A DNA stretch of 64,000 nucleotides from positions 32,800-96,799 of the forward strand of contig JANWIC010000003.1 of the NCBI GenBank assembly GCA_025450075.1. The letters run 5' to 3'. A model generated the notes under the pieces. The model did no database searches. It was not told where the DNA came from and saw only the letters and a list, made by a program, of their open reading frames with translations. How positions within the stretch are numbered: position 1 is the first letter of the stretch; every line of letters starts with the position of its first letter. Positions 51,857 to 62,452 of the stretch are shown here, one piece after another. This DNA is from Patescibacteria group bacterium (lineage in GTDB: Bacteria; Patescibacteriota; Dojkabacteria; JAKAPS01). The translations under genes and the position numbers were made by a program.

Positions 51857-52852
51857 ATGAAAAAGAGAATATTAACTGGAGATAGGCCAACGGGAAAATT
51901 GCATATTGGTCATTTGATCGGTTCATTAGAGAATCGTGTAAAACTACAGCAAGAATATGATACATATATCATGATTGCAAATGTCCAGGCGCTAACTGAT
52001 AACTTTGATAATCCTGGAAAAGTGAAAAATAGCATCCAGGAACTTCTTTGTGATTATTATGCAGTAGGGATAGATTTCGATATTTCACATATTTTTATTC
52101 AGAGCGAAATCCCCGCGATTCATGAAATTTTTATTTATCTAGCAAACTTTGCAACTGTCCAGCAAATTTCCCATAATCCGACAATAAAGACGGAATTAAA
52201 ACAAAAAGGATATGAGGCTTCAACACCTCTAGGTTTTTTTATTTATCCAATACATCAAGCTGCAGATATTACATGTGTCAAAGCTGATCTCGTGCCGGTT
52301 GGAAAGGATCAGGCTCCGATGGTTGAGTCATGCAGAGAATTGGTTCGAAAATTCAACAATACATACAGCATGAATGTTTTACATGAACCGGAAGCTCTAT
52401 ATGGAGTAGAAAAAAACATTCCTGGAATTGACGGTAATGAAAAAATGGGAAAGAGCCTTAACAATGCTATTTATCTAAGTGACTCAGCTGAAGAATTGAG
52501 GAGAAAAGTATTTTCAGTTACTACGGACCCGAATCGAATTCATCCGACTGATCCTGGAAAAGTTGAAGGAAATGTAGTCTTTACTTATCATGATATCTTT
52601 AATTCAAACAAGGATGAAGTGGCGGATTTAAAACTTCGTTATACAACAGGAAAAGTGGGGGATGTTGAAGTTAAAGAAAAGCTATATAAAGCTATGGAGC
52701 AAACCCTAGCCCCAATTCGTGAGAAAAGGTATGAAGCTGAAAAGAAAAAAGCAGAACTACTTGAAAAAGTAATAGAAACAAGCCGTGAAGTAAGAAAAAT
52801 TGCAAGACAAACAGCAGACGAAATGAAGGAAGCCATGCAGATTAAGTTTTAA
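51857..52852 (+). CDS. trpS: Tryptophanyl-tRNA synthetase
   Basis: HIGH-type motif (GKLHIGH) and KMSKS variant KMGKS. 331 aa, class I. Confidence 0.9.
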   Translation: MKKRILTGDRPTGKLHIGHLIGSLENRVKLQQEYDTYIMIANVQALTDNFDNPGKVKNSIQELLCDYYAVGIDFDISHIFIQSEIPAIHEIFIYLANFATVQQISHNPTIKTELKQKGYEASTPLGFFIYPIHQAADITCVKADLVPVGKDQAPMVESCRELVRKFNNTYSMNVLHEPEALYGVEKNIPGIDGNEKMGKSLNNAIYLSDSAEELRRKVFSVTTDPNRIHPTDPGKVEGNVVFTYHDIFNSNKDEVADLKLRYTTGKVGDVEVKEKLYKAMEQTLAPIREKRYEAEKKKAELLEKVIETSREVRKIARQTADEMKEAMQIKF

Positions 52853-52910
52853 ATTTCATTTAAAACGTAATGATTAATTTAGTATAATTTTAGGATTAAA
52901 GGTAAATATA

Positions 52911-53240
52911 ATGGAAGATTTAAATCAAAATCTCCAACCTACCGAACCACCTACACTTCCAGAAATAGGAATAGCAAGAGGATCTTATCAAGATATTGTA
53001 GATCGGTTAGGAAAAATATATGGATGGGCGGAGGTTTTAGCTATTGCTGGGTCAGATTTTTGGCTTATAACCAAATTGCTATATCTTACTATCACAACTG
53101 GTGAAAATAATGCTAATTCTAATATAATTGAATTAATGTGGTCCCACCAAGACGTACGTGTTGTATTGGCCATCCTATTATCAATAGGTGGATTTAATCT
53201 CATTGATTTAGTATCAAGTGAAATTCGTACTGATGAATAA
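52911..53240 (+). CDS. Hypothetical small membrane protein
   Basis: 109 aa with two hydrophobic helices, upstream of PBP2. Confidence 0.35.
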   Translation: MEDLNQNLQPTEPPTLPEIGIARGSYQDIVDRLGKIYGWAEVLAIAGSDFWLITKLLYLTITTGENNANSNIIELMWSHQDVRVVLAILLSIGGFNLIDLVSSEIRTDE

Positions 53241-53282
53241 ACGCTATAATTATTGTAGTCAATATATTACAATAGATATAGT

Positions 53283-55157
53283 ATGGCCGAAGAACTTACT
53301 GACTGGACAATCGAAGAATTTTCTTTCACTATTGAACCTCCTCGTCCATCTGAGGATCAGTCTCATGCATGGAAAATGCTGTATTTCAAAATTGGAATGA
53401 TTGCATCAATTGCAATAGTCTTTATCTCTTTAATCAATTTAGAAATCGTAAATGGAGCAAAACTGCAAACAGAGTCAAATACACAACGAATTTTTGTAGA
53501 AACACTTCCCGCTCCCCGAGGTATTATATATGATAGAAATCATATTCCACTTGTATATAATATCGATACATATAAGGTAGTTATTGATACAAATATATTT
53601 GATCCAAAAAATCAAGGAAGCGAGTTTGCCAGTATTGCAAACCTATTACACATTCCTGTTGAGCAGGTTTCGTCAATATATACAAAAGGGATCGTAGCCC
53701 ATGAGGATGTTATTACAGTTCAAGATAATATTAACAAAGATCAGGTAATTGCTTTAAGCACCGATCCAATCTATAAAGGGATTCGTGCTGAATCCAGCAC
53801 CATCAGGCAGTACCCATATATTCAGTATACTGCTGCAATCCTTGGTTATACTGGTGGAGTAAGTGAAAGTGACTTGCATTCAAATGCAGGTCTCAATAGT
53901 CAAGACACAATTGGGAAGGCTGGAATTGAGGCTCAATATGATACTGCACTCCGTGGTGTGGATGGTCAAAAGATCGTTGAAGTAAATACCCTTGGTCAGG
54001 TAGTGAATGTTATTAAAGAAGAGGATCCTATTCCCGGAAACAATATTATTCTTTCACTTGATATTAATGTACAAAAAAATCTTTCAGATGCTCTTGCTTT
54101 AGGTATTAAAGACAGCTCCGCAACAGGAGGTGCCTCCATTATTCAAAATATAAATGATGGTAGTATTATCGCAATGGTAACACTTCCTACATATGATAAT
54201 AATAAGTTTGCACAAGGTATTTCACAGTCCGATTATGCATCCTTATTGAATGATCCGAATACTCCCCTTATTAATAGAGCAATTTCAGAAGCACAACCGC
54301 CTGGCTCAGTAATGAAAACAATTACAGCTTCAGCTGCCCTTCAGGAAAAAGATATTACAACCAGTACATTAGTTGATGATAAAGGAACTTTCGATTTGGG
54401 AGGAATCGTTTTCCAAAACTATGAAAAGATAGCACGAGGTATTATTAATGTCATAGGGGGATTGCAATGGTCATCCAATGTCTTCTTCTATAACGTCATC
54501 CATTCATATTTAAACATTAATACGTTTGTGAAATATGAGAAGCTTTTTGGAGCTGGTTCTTTGACAGGAATCGATCTTCCCGGAGAACAACCTGGTGAAC
54601 TTTCAAGTCCCCAAGTTAAACAAGAATTAACAGGACAAGTCTGGTTTGGAGGAGATAGTCTAAATGCCGCTATCGGTCAGGGATATACTTTAGTAACCCC
54701 AATTCAGGTAGTGAACTGGATTACATCAATTGCAAATGGAGGTACATTATTCAAACCACAAATGGTTTCACGAATAGAAAATGGAACAAGTAATGCAGCA
54801 CAGGTGTTTAATGGTTCAGTTGTTCGCCAAGGATTTGTAGATGATAAATATCTCAGCATCGTAAGACAGGGAATGCATGTTGCTGTGCAAAGCGGTATCG
54901 ACCATACCCTCTATACTTCAGCTGTCGATATTGCAGGAAAAACAGGTACTGCAGAATTTGGAGCTTTAGATGCATATGGGCAATATACTCATGAGCATGC
55001 TTGGGCTTCAGGATTTGCCCCATACGATAAACCGCAAATTTCTTTTGTAGTATTTTTGGAAGGGGGAGGATTGAGTTCAAACTCTGAAAGAGTTGCAAAA
55101 AGTTTTCTAACCTGGTATTACGGAACATATCTAAAACAAAATTCAAATAATCTATGA
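53283..55157 (+). CDS. mrdA: Penicillin-binding protein 2 (peptidoglycan D,D-transpeptidase, class B PBP)
   Basis: N-terminal TM helix and a PBP dimerisation domain. Transpeptidase SxxK (SVMK), SxN (SSN) and KTG (KTGTAE) motifs. Confidence 0.85.
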   Translation: MAEELTDWTIEEFSFTIEPPRPSEDQSHAWKMLYFKIGMIASIAIVFISLINLEIVNGAKLQTESNTQRIFVETLPAPRGIIYDRNHIPLVYNIDTYKVVIDTNIFDPKNQGSEFASIANLLHIPVEQVSSIYTKGIVAHEDVITVQDNINKDQVIALSTDPIYKGIRAESSTIRQYPYIQYTAAILGYTGGVSESDLHSNAGLNSQDTIGKAGIEAQYDTALRGVDGQKIVEVNTLGQVVNVIKEEDPIPGNNIILSLDINVQKNLSDALALGIKDSSATGGASIIQNINDGSIIAMVTLPTYDNNKFAQGISQSDYASLLNDPNTPLINRAISEAQPPGSVMKTITASAALQEKDITTSTLVDDKGTFDLGGIVFQNYEKIARGIINVIGGLQWSSNVFFYNVIHSYLNINTFVKYEKLFGAGSLTGIDLPGEQPGELSSPQVKQELTGQVWFGGDSLNAAIGQGYTLVTPIQVVNWITSIANGGTLFKPQMVSRIENGTSNAAQVFNGSVVRQGFVDDKYLSIVRQGMHVAVQSGIDHTLYTSAVDIAGKTGTAEFGALDAYGQYTHEHAWASGFAPYDKPQISFVVFLEGGGLSSNSERVAKSFLTWYYGTYLKQNSNNL

Positions 55158-55648
55158 TAAATCCGCCAAAATCAAAAGAACAATATATTAAGATAGCTTT
55201 GGAAAAAGAGAAAGAAGCTGAGAAGTGCCAACATGAAATAAGATACCAGGAATCAAAGATTCAAAGTCTAAAAAGCAAATTAAATTCTTTACAGCATGAT
55301 CTTCGGGATGCCCAATCAAAAGCTTCTTCCTATGAATCTGAAGCAAGAGGACATGAATCTGATGCCAGAAGTTATCAATCACAAGCTAGGCGATATGAAT
55401 CCAGTATAGATCCTAATGAAAGAAAAATGGCACAAGAGCTTTATGCAAAGGCTGATTCTGCGCTTTCATCTGCAAAAGATGCAAAGAAGAGAGCGAGAGA
55501 TGCTAATAATGATGCAACAAGAATCCGTTTTGATATTTCATTTACTGACAAGGATATCGTATTTGAAGAACGAGTACGTGGTGATTTTGAAGTGAGAATG
55601 AAACGCGCACAAAAAGAAGCATCAGAAATGAGAAACAAAGCAAAATGA
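55154..55648 (+). CDS. Hypothetical coiled-coil protein with tandem 8-residue repeats, translationally coupled to PBP2 (ATGA overlap)
   Basis: Repeats SYESEARG / HESDARSY / QSQARRYESS. The protein is highly charged and predicted helical. Confidence 0.5.
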   Translation: MINPPKSKEQYIKIALEKEKEAEKCQHEIRYQESKIQSLKSKLNSLQHDLRDAQSKASSYESEARGHESDARSYQSQARRYESSIDPNERKMAQELYAKADSALSSAKDAKKRARDANNDATRIRFDISFTDKDIVFEERVRGDFEVRMKRAQKEASEMRNKAK

Positions 55649-55827
55649 AAAATATTCTGTTATATACAAAAACACTATTACTTTTTCTTTCCCTCTTTAC
55701 CATTCTTTTTGCATTTTTTCTTTCTCATATTTTCCCTAAAGAAAAATCACTAGTCCTTATTTACTGTCTCATAAATCTTGGCATTTATCTTGTAGTCTAT
55801 CTTTGGATAGTAAAACTAAAAAGATGA
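55645..55827 (+). CDS. Hypothetical small two-TM membrane peptide (60 aa), start overlapping the preceding stop
   Basis: Two hydrophobic helices. ATGA overlap with the upstream gene. Confidence 0.35.
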   Translation: MKNILLYTKTLLLFLSLFTILFAFFLSHIFPKEKSLVLIYCLINLGIYLVVYLWIVKLKR

Positions 55828-55830
55828 TGG

Positions 55831-56346
55831 TTATGCTGCAGGAAAGAGTTCTGGATTCATGAGAAATGATGATGTGTTTGCAATCGGATTTATATTGAGA
55901 AAATGATCCTCCTCAACTCCATAATTCCCATTCTGTGAAGTAAAATATCTTTTGGTCAAAAGAAGTGCTTGAAGTAAGTAGTGGATTCTCACTCGTTCAT
56001 TATCTGCAATGTATCCATTATATGCTTGTGTGAGTGGTGTTTGTTTGTCTAGTGGATCCATCATCCATATTAGAGGATTATCAGATTCTCGATAAAGTGC
56101 AAAAAGAAAATCTTGAGGATAGGAAGTTCCTCTTGAAAGATTAATTAATGCTACAGTGAAATTTTTTCCTTGCAGTATGACATTTGGTTGTTCAAAAGGT
56201 GAGGTTGAAGAATCCCAAAAGACAAATTCTTTAGATAATACAAATGGAATAATATCTTCTTCGATATGTCTTCTTAGCCCCATTATTTTGTTGGGATCTA
56301 AATCGCCTAACTGGATTTTATGTAACTTGTAATGATCGAATTCCAT
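55831..56346 (-). CDS. Hypothetical protein
   Basis: 171-aa ORF with no recognised motifs. Confidence 0.4.
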   Translation of the reverse strand: MEFDHYKLHKIQLGDLDPNKIMGLRRHIEEDIIPFVLSKEFVFWDSSTSPFEQPNVILQGKNFTVALINLSRGTSYPQDFLFALYRESDNPLIWMMDPLDKQTPLTQAYNGYIADNERVRIHYLLQALLLTKRYFTSQNGNYGVEEDHFLNINPIANTSSFLMNPELFPAA

Positions 56347-56456
56347 AGGTATAAAGTATAATGAAAGGAAGTAGGCTCATGCAAGAATGAAAAGAATTGT
56401 TGAATTTGACAGACTTAGCATATATATTGTATTGTCTGAATCGTTACACAAGAATT

Positions 56457-58619
56457 ATGAAAGATATCATTATCGTAGAATCGCCATCAAAGGCAAAAAC
56501 AATTGAAAAGTATTTGGGAGGAGAATATCGGGTTGTCGCCAGTAAAGGCCATATAATGGATCTTCCAAAAAGTGCTTTAGGTGTTGATGTAGAGAATGGC
56601 TTCAAACCTACCTATGTTATCAGTGAAGGTAAAAAGCAGGTAATTAGTCTTATTAAAAAGGATTTGCCCGATAAAGGTACTGTCTATATTGCTTCAGATC
56701 CTGATCGAGAAGGGGAGGCAATTGGATGGCATGTTGCAAAATCTATTGGTCTTATCACTGATGGAGGAAAAGAAAAGAAAGTAAAAGGTAAAGATCTCTC
56801 ATTAAAACGAATTGTCTTCCACGAAATTACTAAGGATGCTATTCTTGATTCGTTCAAGCATGCGAGAAGCATCGATATGAACCTCGTAGATGCCCAGCAG
56901 GCACGGAGAATCCTTGATAGGTTAGTAGGATATAAATTGTCTCCTCTCTTATGGACCAAGATCCGTTACGGCTTATCTGCAGGTAGAGTTCAATCTGTTG
57001 CAGTGAGACTAGTTGTTGAGAGAGAACGTGAACGAGATGCATTTGTAACGAAAGAATATTGGTCAATCGATGGTGTTTTTGCACATAAAAATGGTGATAT
57101 CAAAGCACAACTTCAAAAGGTTGATGGGAAGAAAATTGAAATTCCAAATAAAGACGAGGCTGACAAATTGGTTGGAAGGATAAAAAATGCTCAATATCAT
57201 ATTATACAAGTAACATCAAAAGAAGTTAAACGTCATCCATCACCGCCATTTATTACTTCTACTCTTCAGCAGGAAGCAAATAGGAAATTGGGATTTAGCG
57301 CAAAAAGAACCATGTCGATTGCCCAAAAGCTGTATGAAGGTGTTGAAACTGCAAATGGACGAGTCGCACTTATCACCTATATGAGGACGGACTCATATAA
57401 TCTTTCGGCTCAATCAGTTACAGGAATCAGAAATTATATACAAAAAATATTTGGAAAAGAGTATGTTCCCGCAACACCCAATGTATACAAGAAAAAAGCA
57501 AAACTTGCCCAGGAAGCTCATGAAGCAATACGTCCAGTAGATGTGTCTCATACTCCTGACTCAATGCAAAAATTCCTCTCTTCTGATGAACAGAAACTTT
57601 ACGATCTTATTTGGAAGAGAACGCTTGCATCACAAATGTCAGATGCCAGATTTAACAGTTTAGCTATCGATATAGAAGGAGATGCAATGCTTTTTAGGGC
57701 AAATGGACAGAAAGTTCTCTTTCCTGGATTTATCCAAGTATATTATGAAAGCAGTGATGATGAAGAAACAGCACAAGATATCCTAGATAATATCTTGCCG
57801 CAGGTTGAAAAGAATGATGGAGTAAACTTAAAAGATACACTTCCTGAACAGCATTTTACACAGCCACCAGCAAGATTCTCAGAAGCAACTCTAGTTAAAG
57901 CGCTAGAAGAAAATGGGATTGGAAGACCATCTACCTATGCTCCTATCATTAGTACGATATTAGATAGGGGATATGTTGAAAAAGAAGGAAAATATTTTAA
58001 ACCGAAAGATGTTGGGTATGTGGTAAATGATTTGTTAGTAAAACATTTCAGTTCTATCGTTGATATGAATTTTACATCAGAGATTGAAAAAGAACTTGAT
58101 GAAATTGCAGAAGGGAAGAGAGAATACCAAAATGTTTTAGAAGGATTTTATACTCCTTTTGAAAAGAATCTTGCAGTAAAACAAAAGGAAATTAAAAAGG
58201 AAGATGTCGTAGTTCTTGCTAAAAGTAATGAGGTTTGTCCCGAATGTGGAAAACCTATGGTCGTAAAATTAGGGAAATATGGAAAGTTCTTAAGCTGTTC
58301 AGATTTTCCAACTTGCAAAGGGATGAAAAGTATGGATGATGATGGACAGGAGGTTTCTGATGAGAAATGTGATAAGTGCGGAAGTCCACTCGTGGTAAAG
58401 ATGAATAAGAAAGGGATGAAATTCCTAGGCTGCTCAACTTATCCTGCATGTGACTTTACAAAAAATATTGCAACAGGACTAAAATGTGATATCTGTGGGG
58501 CTGAATTGGTAAAAAGAAAAAGCAAGTGGGGAAAGATTTTTTATGGATGTTCAAGATATCCGGATTGTAAGTTTATTTTAAAGCAACAAAAAACTGCTGA
58601 AAAAGAAGAAACTGCATAG
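56457..58619 (+). CDS. topA: DNA topoisomerase I (type IA) with three C-terminal zinc ribbons
   Basis: The TOPRIM start MKDIIIVESPSKAKTIEKYLG, the active-site Tyr region and three CxxC...CxxC ribbons. The ORF-track start at 56397 is probably too long. Confidence 0.9.
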   Translation: MKDIIIVESPSKAKTIEKYLGGEYRVVASKGHIMDLPKSALGVDVENGFKPTYVISEGKKQVISLIKKDLPDKGTVYIASDPDREGEAIGWHVAKSIGLITDGGKEKKVKGKDLSLKRIVFHEITKDAILDSFKHARSIDMNLVDAQQARRILDRLVGYKLSPLLWTKIRYGLSAGRVQSVAVRLVVERERERDAFVTKEYWSIDGVFAHKNGDIKAQLQKVDGKKIEIPNKDEADKLVGRIKNAQYHIIQVTSKEVKRHPSPPFITSTLQQEANRKLGFSAKRTMSIAQKLYEGVETANGRVALITYMRTDSYNLSAQSVTGIRNYIQKIFGKEYVPATPNVYKKKAKLAQEAHEAIRPVDVSHTPDSMQKFLSSDEQKLYDLIWKRTLASQMSDARFNSLAIDIEGDAMLFRANGQKVLFPGFIQVYYESSDDEETAQDILDNILPQVEKNDGVNLKDTLPEQHFTQPPARFSEATLVKALEENGIGRPSTYAPIISTILDRGYVEKEGKYFKPKDVGYVVNDLLVKHFSSIVDMNFTSEIEKELDEIAEGKREYQNVLEGFYTPFEKNLAVKQKEIKKEDVVVLAKSNEVCPECGKPMVVKLGKYGKFLSCSDFPTCKGMKSMDDDGQEVSDEKCDKCGSPLVVKMNKKGMKFLGCSTYPACDFTKNIATGLKCDICGAELVKRKSKWGKIFYGCSRYPDCKFILKQQKTAEKEETA

Positions 58620-58620
58620 C

Positions 58621-59256
58621 ATGCAAAATTTTGAAGAAGAAATTCTAACCCTATTAAAGCAACGATATCCAAACGCCCATACTGCGCTTAACTATTCTAG
58701 TCCCTTAGAGCTTCTTGTCGCAACAATCCTTTCTGCACAATGCACCGACAAGCGAGTAAATATAGTAACAGAAAATCTATTTAAGAAATACAAATCCGCA
58801 AAAGACTATGCAGATGCAACAAATCTCCAAGAAGATATTAAATCGATTAATTTTTATAGAAATAAAGCGAAGAACATCCAGGCTATGGCAAAGATTCTTG
58901 TTGATAGGTATAACGGGAATGTACCTGATAAAATGGATGCATTACTCGAGCTTCCGGGAGTAGCGCGTAAAACTGCTAATGTAGTGTTAGGGAATGCCTT
59001 TGACATTCATGAAGGAATTGTTGTTGATACTCATGTAAAACGAGTTTCATTAAGACTTGGCCTTACAAAACAGTATGATCCGATAAAAGTTGAAAAAGAC
59101 CTAGTACAATTATTTCCACAAAACGAATGGGTTTTATTGTCGCATCTATTTATCTATTTAGGTAGAGATGTGTGCAAAGCACCAACTCCAAAATGTCAAG
59201 CCTGTGTGCTTCGACACATTTGTCCATCCTCCCAAGTAAACTCGAATCCTTCTTGA
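58621..59256 (+). CDS. nth: Endonuclease III (DNA glycosylase/AP lyase)
   Basis: HhH-GPD motif (LPGVARKTANVVL) and a C-terminal 4Fe-4S cluster loop CKAPTPKCQACVLRHIC. Confidence 0.9.
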   Translation: MQNFEEEILTLLKQRYPNAHTALNYSSPLELLVATILSAQCTDKRVNIVTENLFKKYKSAKDYADATNLQEDIKSINFYRNKAKNIQAMAKILVDRYNGNVPDKMDALLELPGVARKTANVVLGNAFDIHEGIVVDTHVKRVSLRLGLTKQYDPIKVEKDLVQLFPQNEWVLLSHLFIYLGRDVCKAPTPKCQACVLRHICPSSQVNSNPS

Positions 59257-59305
59257 ACACAAGCAATGATTGTGTTATAGTATATAGGGTATTATTTACG
59301 CACTA

Positions 59306-59848
59306 ATGGTTGTTTTACTGGACTTTGCTATTCTCAATAATCCCTATATACAAAAGAAGGTTGGGCGGATTGAAACCCTTCACGAACAAGTACTTAAGCT
59401 CCCTATTAACAACCATTTTGAAATGGTGATGAAAGACCGTGCAATATTATTCTTTACGTTTAAGTGGGTTGGATGCTCATGGGGATGATGTTCGAATAGT
59501 GCTACAAGGGAAAGATGAGTGGTTAGGTGAGAAGGTACGTATCCAAACAAGTGAATGGTTGATTTTATCCATGCATAATACAACAGGAGTAATGCAAGTT
59601 TTGACCATCAGTTTATTAAGAATGTCCATACCAATTTGTTCTATCATGTTCCTGGAATGATCCAACCAGGAAATTATCGTACTGTAGATCAGATACAAAT
59701 TAAATATCTGCCTTGTCCAGCTGGGGATGTGTATATTCATATGCAACACATCACTGAATTGCTGAATAGAATGGATGGGATTTATCCAGAAAAAGGGACT
59801 TGGTCGATCCACTTTCTATTTCCTTCGAAAGCAATTAGGAGGAGATGA
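59306..59848 (+). pseudogene. Possible decayed gene: three overlapping ORF fragments in alternating frames with no intact CDS
   Basis: Plus-strand ORFs 59306-59488 (frame 2), 59439-59660 (frame 0) and 59636-59848 (frame 2) could be joined by two frameshifts into a protein of about 180 aa. The region has a locally higher GC than its neighbours. No motif is recognised. Confidence 0.25.
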
Positions 59849-60593
59849 TATATTGTAGGATAGCTGTAATGGCAATTGGTGCTGTTTCCGTTCGTAAAAT
59901 GTTTGACCCGAGAGTTATCGATTTGAAGCAATACTCATCTATACATGTTTGGATCTCTTGAGATTGAAAACCTCCTTCAGCTCCAATCAAGACAAAGACA
60001 TCTTGAATCTCGGGAGAAATGATTTCGTTGGTAATATGATGGAGGGTTATATCCTTTTCTCCTTCGTTTAAAAGGATTGCATAACTGCTTTTAGCAAGCA
60101 ATTTCTCCTTGTTTTTTATGAGAAATTCACTTAAAGATAAAGGGTTTTGAACACGAATAATATCCATTCTTCCTGATTGAATAGATGACTCCTTAGCTAT
60201 TTTTTGCCATCTTGATAACTTATTTTCTCCAATTTTTCCCTTAATATCAGTGTTGTGAGAGAAGAGGGGAACGATTTCATATCCGCCAAGTTCAGAAACC
60301 TTTTGTAAAATCAATTCCAACTTGTCTAATTTGGGAATACATTGCAATATATGTATCTTCTTTTTGTATTGTATGGCTAAGTCTTTCTTTTCCTTGATAA
60401 ATCCGGTATATCGCTTTCCATTTTTACTTACAAGGATGGTATATATATGAGCATTATTTTCAAGTGGTTCGATACAAGTTAAAATGTCTCCGTCTTCAAG
60501 TCGAATAGAGATAAAGTGTCGAATATCGTCTTCAGAAAATATTATGGTATTATCGTGGATATTTGATTGCTCAATAAAAAAATGTCTTGCCAT
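59835..60593 (-). CDS. rsmE: 16S rRNA (uracil1498-N3)-methyltransferase RsmE
   Basis: MxRxFF N-terminus, RWQKIAKESSIQSGR, LIGAEGGFQSQE and LGSNILRTETA motifs of the RsmE family. Confidence 0.8.
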   Translation of the reverse strand: MARHFFIEQSNIHDNTIIFSEDDIRHFISIRLEDGDILTCIEPLENNAHIYTILVSKNGKRYTGFIKEKKDLAIQYKKKIHILQCIPKLDKLELILQKVSELGGYEIVPLFSHNTDIKGKIGENKLSRWQKIAKESSIQSGRMDIIRVQNPLSLSEFLIKNKEKLLAKSSYAILLNEGEKDITLHHITNEIISPEIQDVFVLIGAEGGFQSQEIQTCIDEYCFKSITLGSNILRTETAPIAITAILQYIISS

Positions 60594-62407
60594 TACAATA
60601 TAGGAATTCTAAAGGTGAAGGTTGAACCTTTTCCCACTTCACTTTGCACCGTTATATTTCCATTATGTGCATCAATTATGCTCTTGACGATGTAGAGGCC
60701 AAGGCCAAGACCTCCCTGATGTGATTCTTTCTGCCCGTAGGGAAGAGGATTACTGCTGTTAATACGGTGGAACATTTGGAAAAGAGTTCCCTGTACGTTT
60801 TCGGGAATTCCTTTCCCTGTATCGCTGATTGCGACTTCAATAAAGTTATTCATTAAATCGCTTGAAATGGTTATTCTTCCATTTTCCGTATATTTGATTG
60901 CATTTGTTAAAAGATTATCTATAACCTCTCGAATACGTGTACTGTCTGCCCGGACTTCAGGTAGCGGGACTCCACTGGATATGTATTCCATTCGTAACCC
61001 TTTTTTTTCAGCTTCCATAGTTAATTCTTCAACTGCCATACGTATCAGCTTGTCAACATCAACTTTTTGATAAACCAGTTCCATCTTTTTAGTATTTATC
61101 CTTGAGGCTTCGAGCATGGTAGTAATAATGTTGAGCTCACGATCGGCTGATTCTTTTACCATCTCCATTTTTTCCAACACATTTTGGTCCTGAATTGTTT
61201 TGTATTCTAAGATAAGAGAAATAGCGTTTCTTGCAACAGTTGCAGGAGTACGAAGCTCGTGGGATGCCATCGATATCAGATTGTCTTTTTCCTTGTTTAT
61301 CTCTTCTAATTTTTTGTATGCAGCTTCTATGCTTTGTTTAGAGCTTTCCATACTTTCAATTGTTGAGGAAAGCGAGAATGCACTTGAAATTATTGATGAA
61401 TAGTCTTTGCAAATCTCCTCAATTGTATGAGAAATATCCTTCTCCTGGAATAAATGGATAATAACTCCATATAAACTGTCGTGGTAACATATAGGAACAA
61501 CATACACAAGTCTTGCCTGCAAAAGTTCTTGGATTTTATTCGCAGCAGCTGTATCAATATTATTCGGTAGAATATCTTCCAGCTTATTTGTCTTGAACGT
61601 CTTTAGTTGACGGATTTGCTCAAAAACTGGTTTGTCTTCAAGCTCTACCATGGTATATCCGGTGATAGATCTGTCTAATATATCGAAGGAACTTGCTTTT
61701 TCTGGAAGCTGACTTATTGATTCTAGTTTCCAAGTCGAACCGTTTTTTAAGGCTACAATACATGCAACGCTTTGCAGGTCTTCTGGAAGGTGGTGTGCAA
61801 TGTATTCAGACATTGCATGGATATTTCCAGAAGTTAAAAGCATTGGAACAAAAAGTTTTAACCTTTCATGGAGCCTTATTTCGTTTTCAAGATTTTTCAT
61901 CCGATTTTCGGAAGAGAAAAGTTTGCTCTGGGCAAGGATAATAATCTTAAGCAATTCAAAAAGAATAGGTTGTAAATTCTCATTTAATTCTGTGGATGAA
62001 CCAGCGAGGATCATATAGCCGGCTTCCGGTATCCCAATAACCTGCTTAATTCTTCGAGAATATTGCAAGTCTTCAATATTTGCCGGATCCATGATTCCGG
62101 AAAGAATAGTATTCAATTGCTGGGTTTCAAGTAGTGATTCCTCAAGTATGTGTTTTTCAAGCAACACATTACTTCCTCGAATATGTTCCAGATAAGGGTA
62201 AGTAGCATACAAAAAAGAAAGGTCTTCCTCTTCTTTTTTTACTATACATAAAAATTCCAGTTCCAAAGATGCAAGCGACTTTTGTAATGCTTGCGGGATA
62301 TCCTCATCCTCTAGGATCATATGGAGTATATTTATCAAAAAAGATAAATATTGGCCTGGAATATCGGCATTCTTTTTAGAAAACAGCATGGCGTATTGAT
62401 GACACAT
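60593..62407 (-). CDS. Sensor histidine kinase (GAF/PAS-like N-terminal region, HisKA plus HATPase_c), orphan
   Basis: H-box SHELRTPATV. The N box and the G1/G2 boxes (GGLGLGLYIVKSII) are present. No response regulator is adjacent. It overlaps the rsmE start by 1 nt. Confidence 0.8.
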   Translation of the reverse strand: MCHQYAMLFSKKNADIPGQYLSFLINILHMILEDEDIPQALQKSLASLELEFLCIVKKEEEDLSFLYATYPYLEHIRGSNVLLEKHILEESLLETQQLNTILSGIMDPANIEDLQYSRRIKQVIGIPEAGYMILAGSSTELNENLQPILFELLKIIILAQSKLFSSENRMKNLENEIRLHERLKLFVPMLLTSGNIHAMSEYIAHHLPEDLQSVACIVALKNGSTWKLESISQLPEKASSFDILDRSITGYTMVELEDKPVFEQIRQLKTFKTNKLEDILPNNIDTAAANKIQELLQARLVYVVPICYHDSLYGVIIHLFQEKDISHTIEEICKDYSSIISSAFSLSSTIESMESSKQSIEAAYKKLEEINKEKDNLISMASHELRTPATVARNAISLILEYKTIQDQNVLEKMEMVKESADRELNIITTMLEASRINTKKMELVYQKVDVDKLIRMAVEELTMEAEKKGLRMEYISSGVPLPEVRADSTRIREVIDNLLTNAIKYTENGRITISSDLMNNFIEVAISDTGKGIPENVQGTLFQMFHRINSSNPLPYGQKESHQGGLGLGLYIVKSIIDAHNGNITVQSEVGKGSTFTFRIPIL

Positions 62408-62452
62408 TCATTCTAATATGAAACGGGAAAATGAACAAGGGATTCAGTAATT

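Noticed and set aside
56397-56456. Extended topA start at 56397 as given in the ORF track
   Set aside because: The conserved TOPRIM N-terminus begins at the internal Met (MKDIIIVESPSKAKT) at 56457. The 20 extra codons are unconserved, AT-rich leader sequence.
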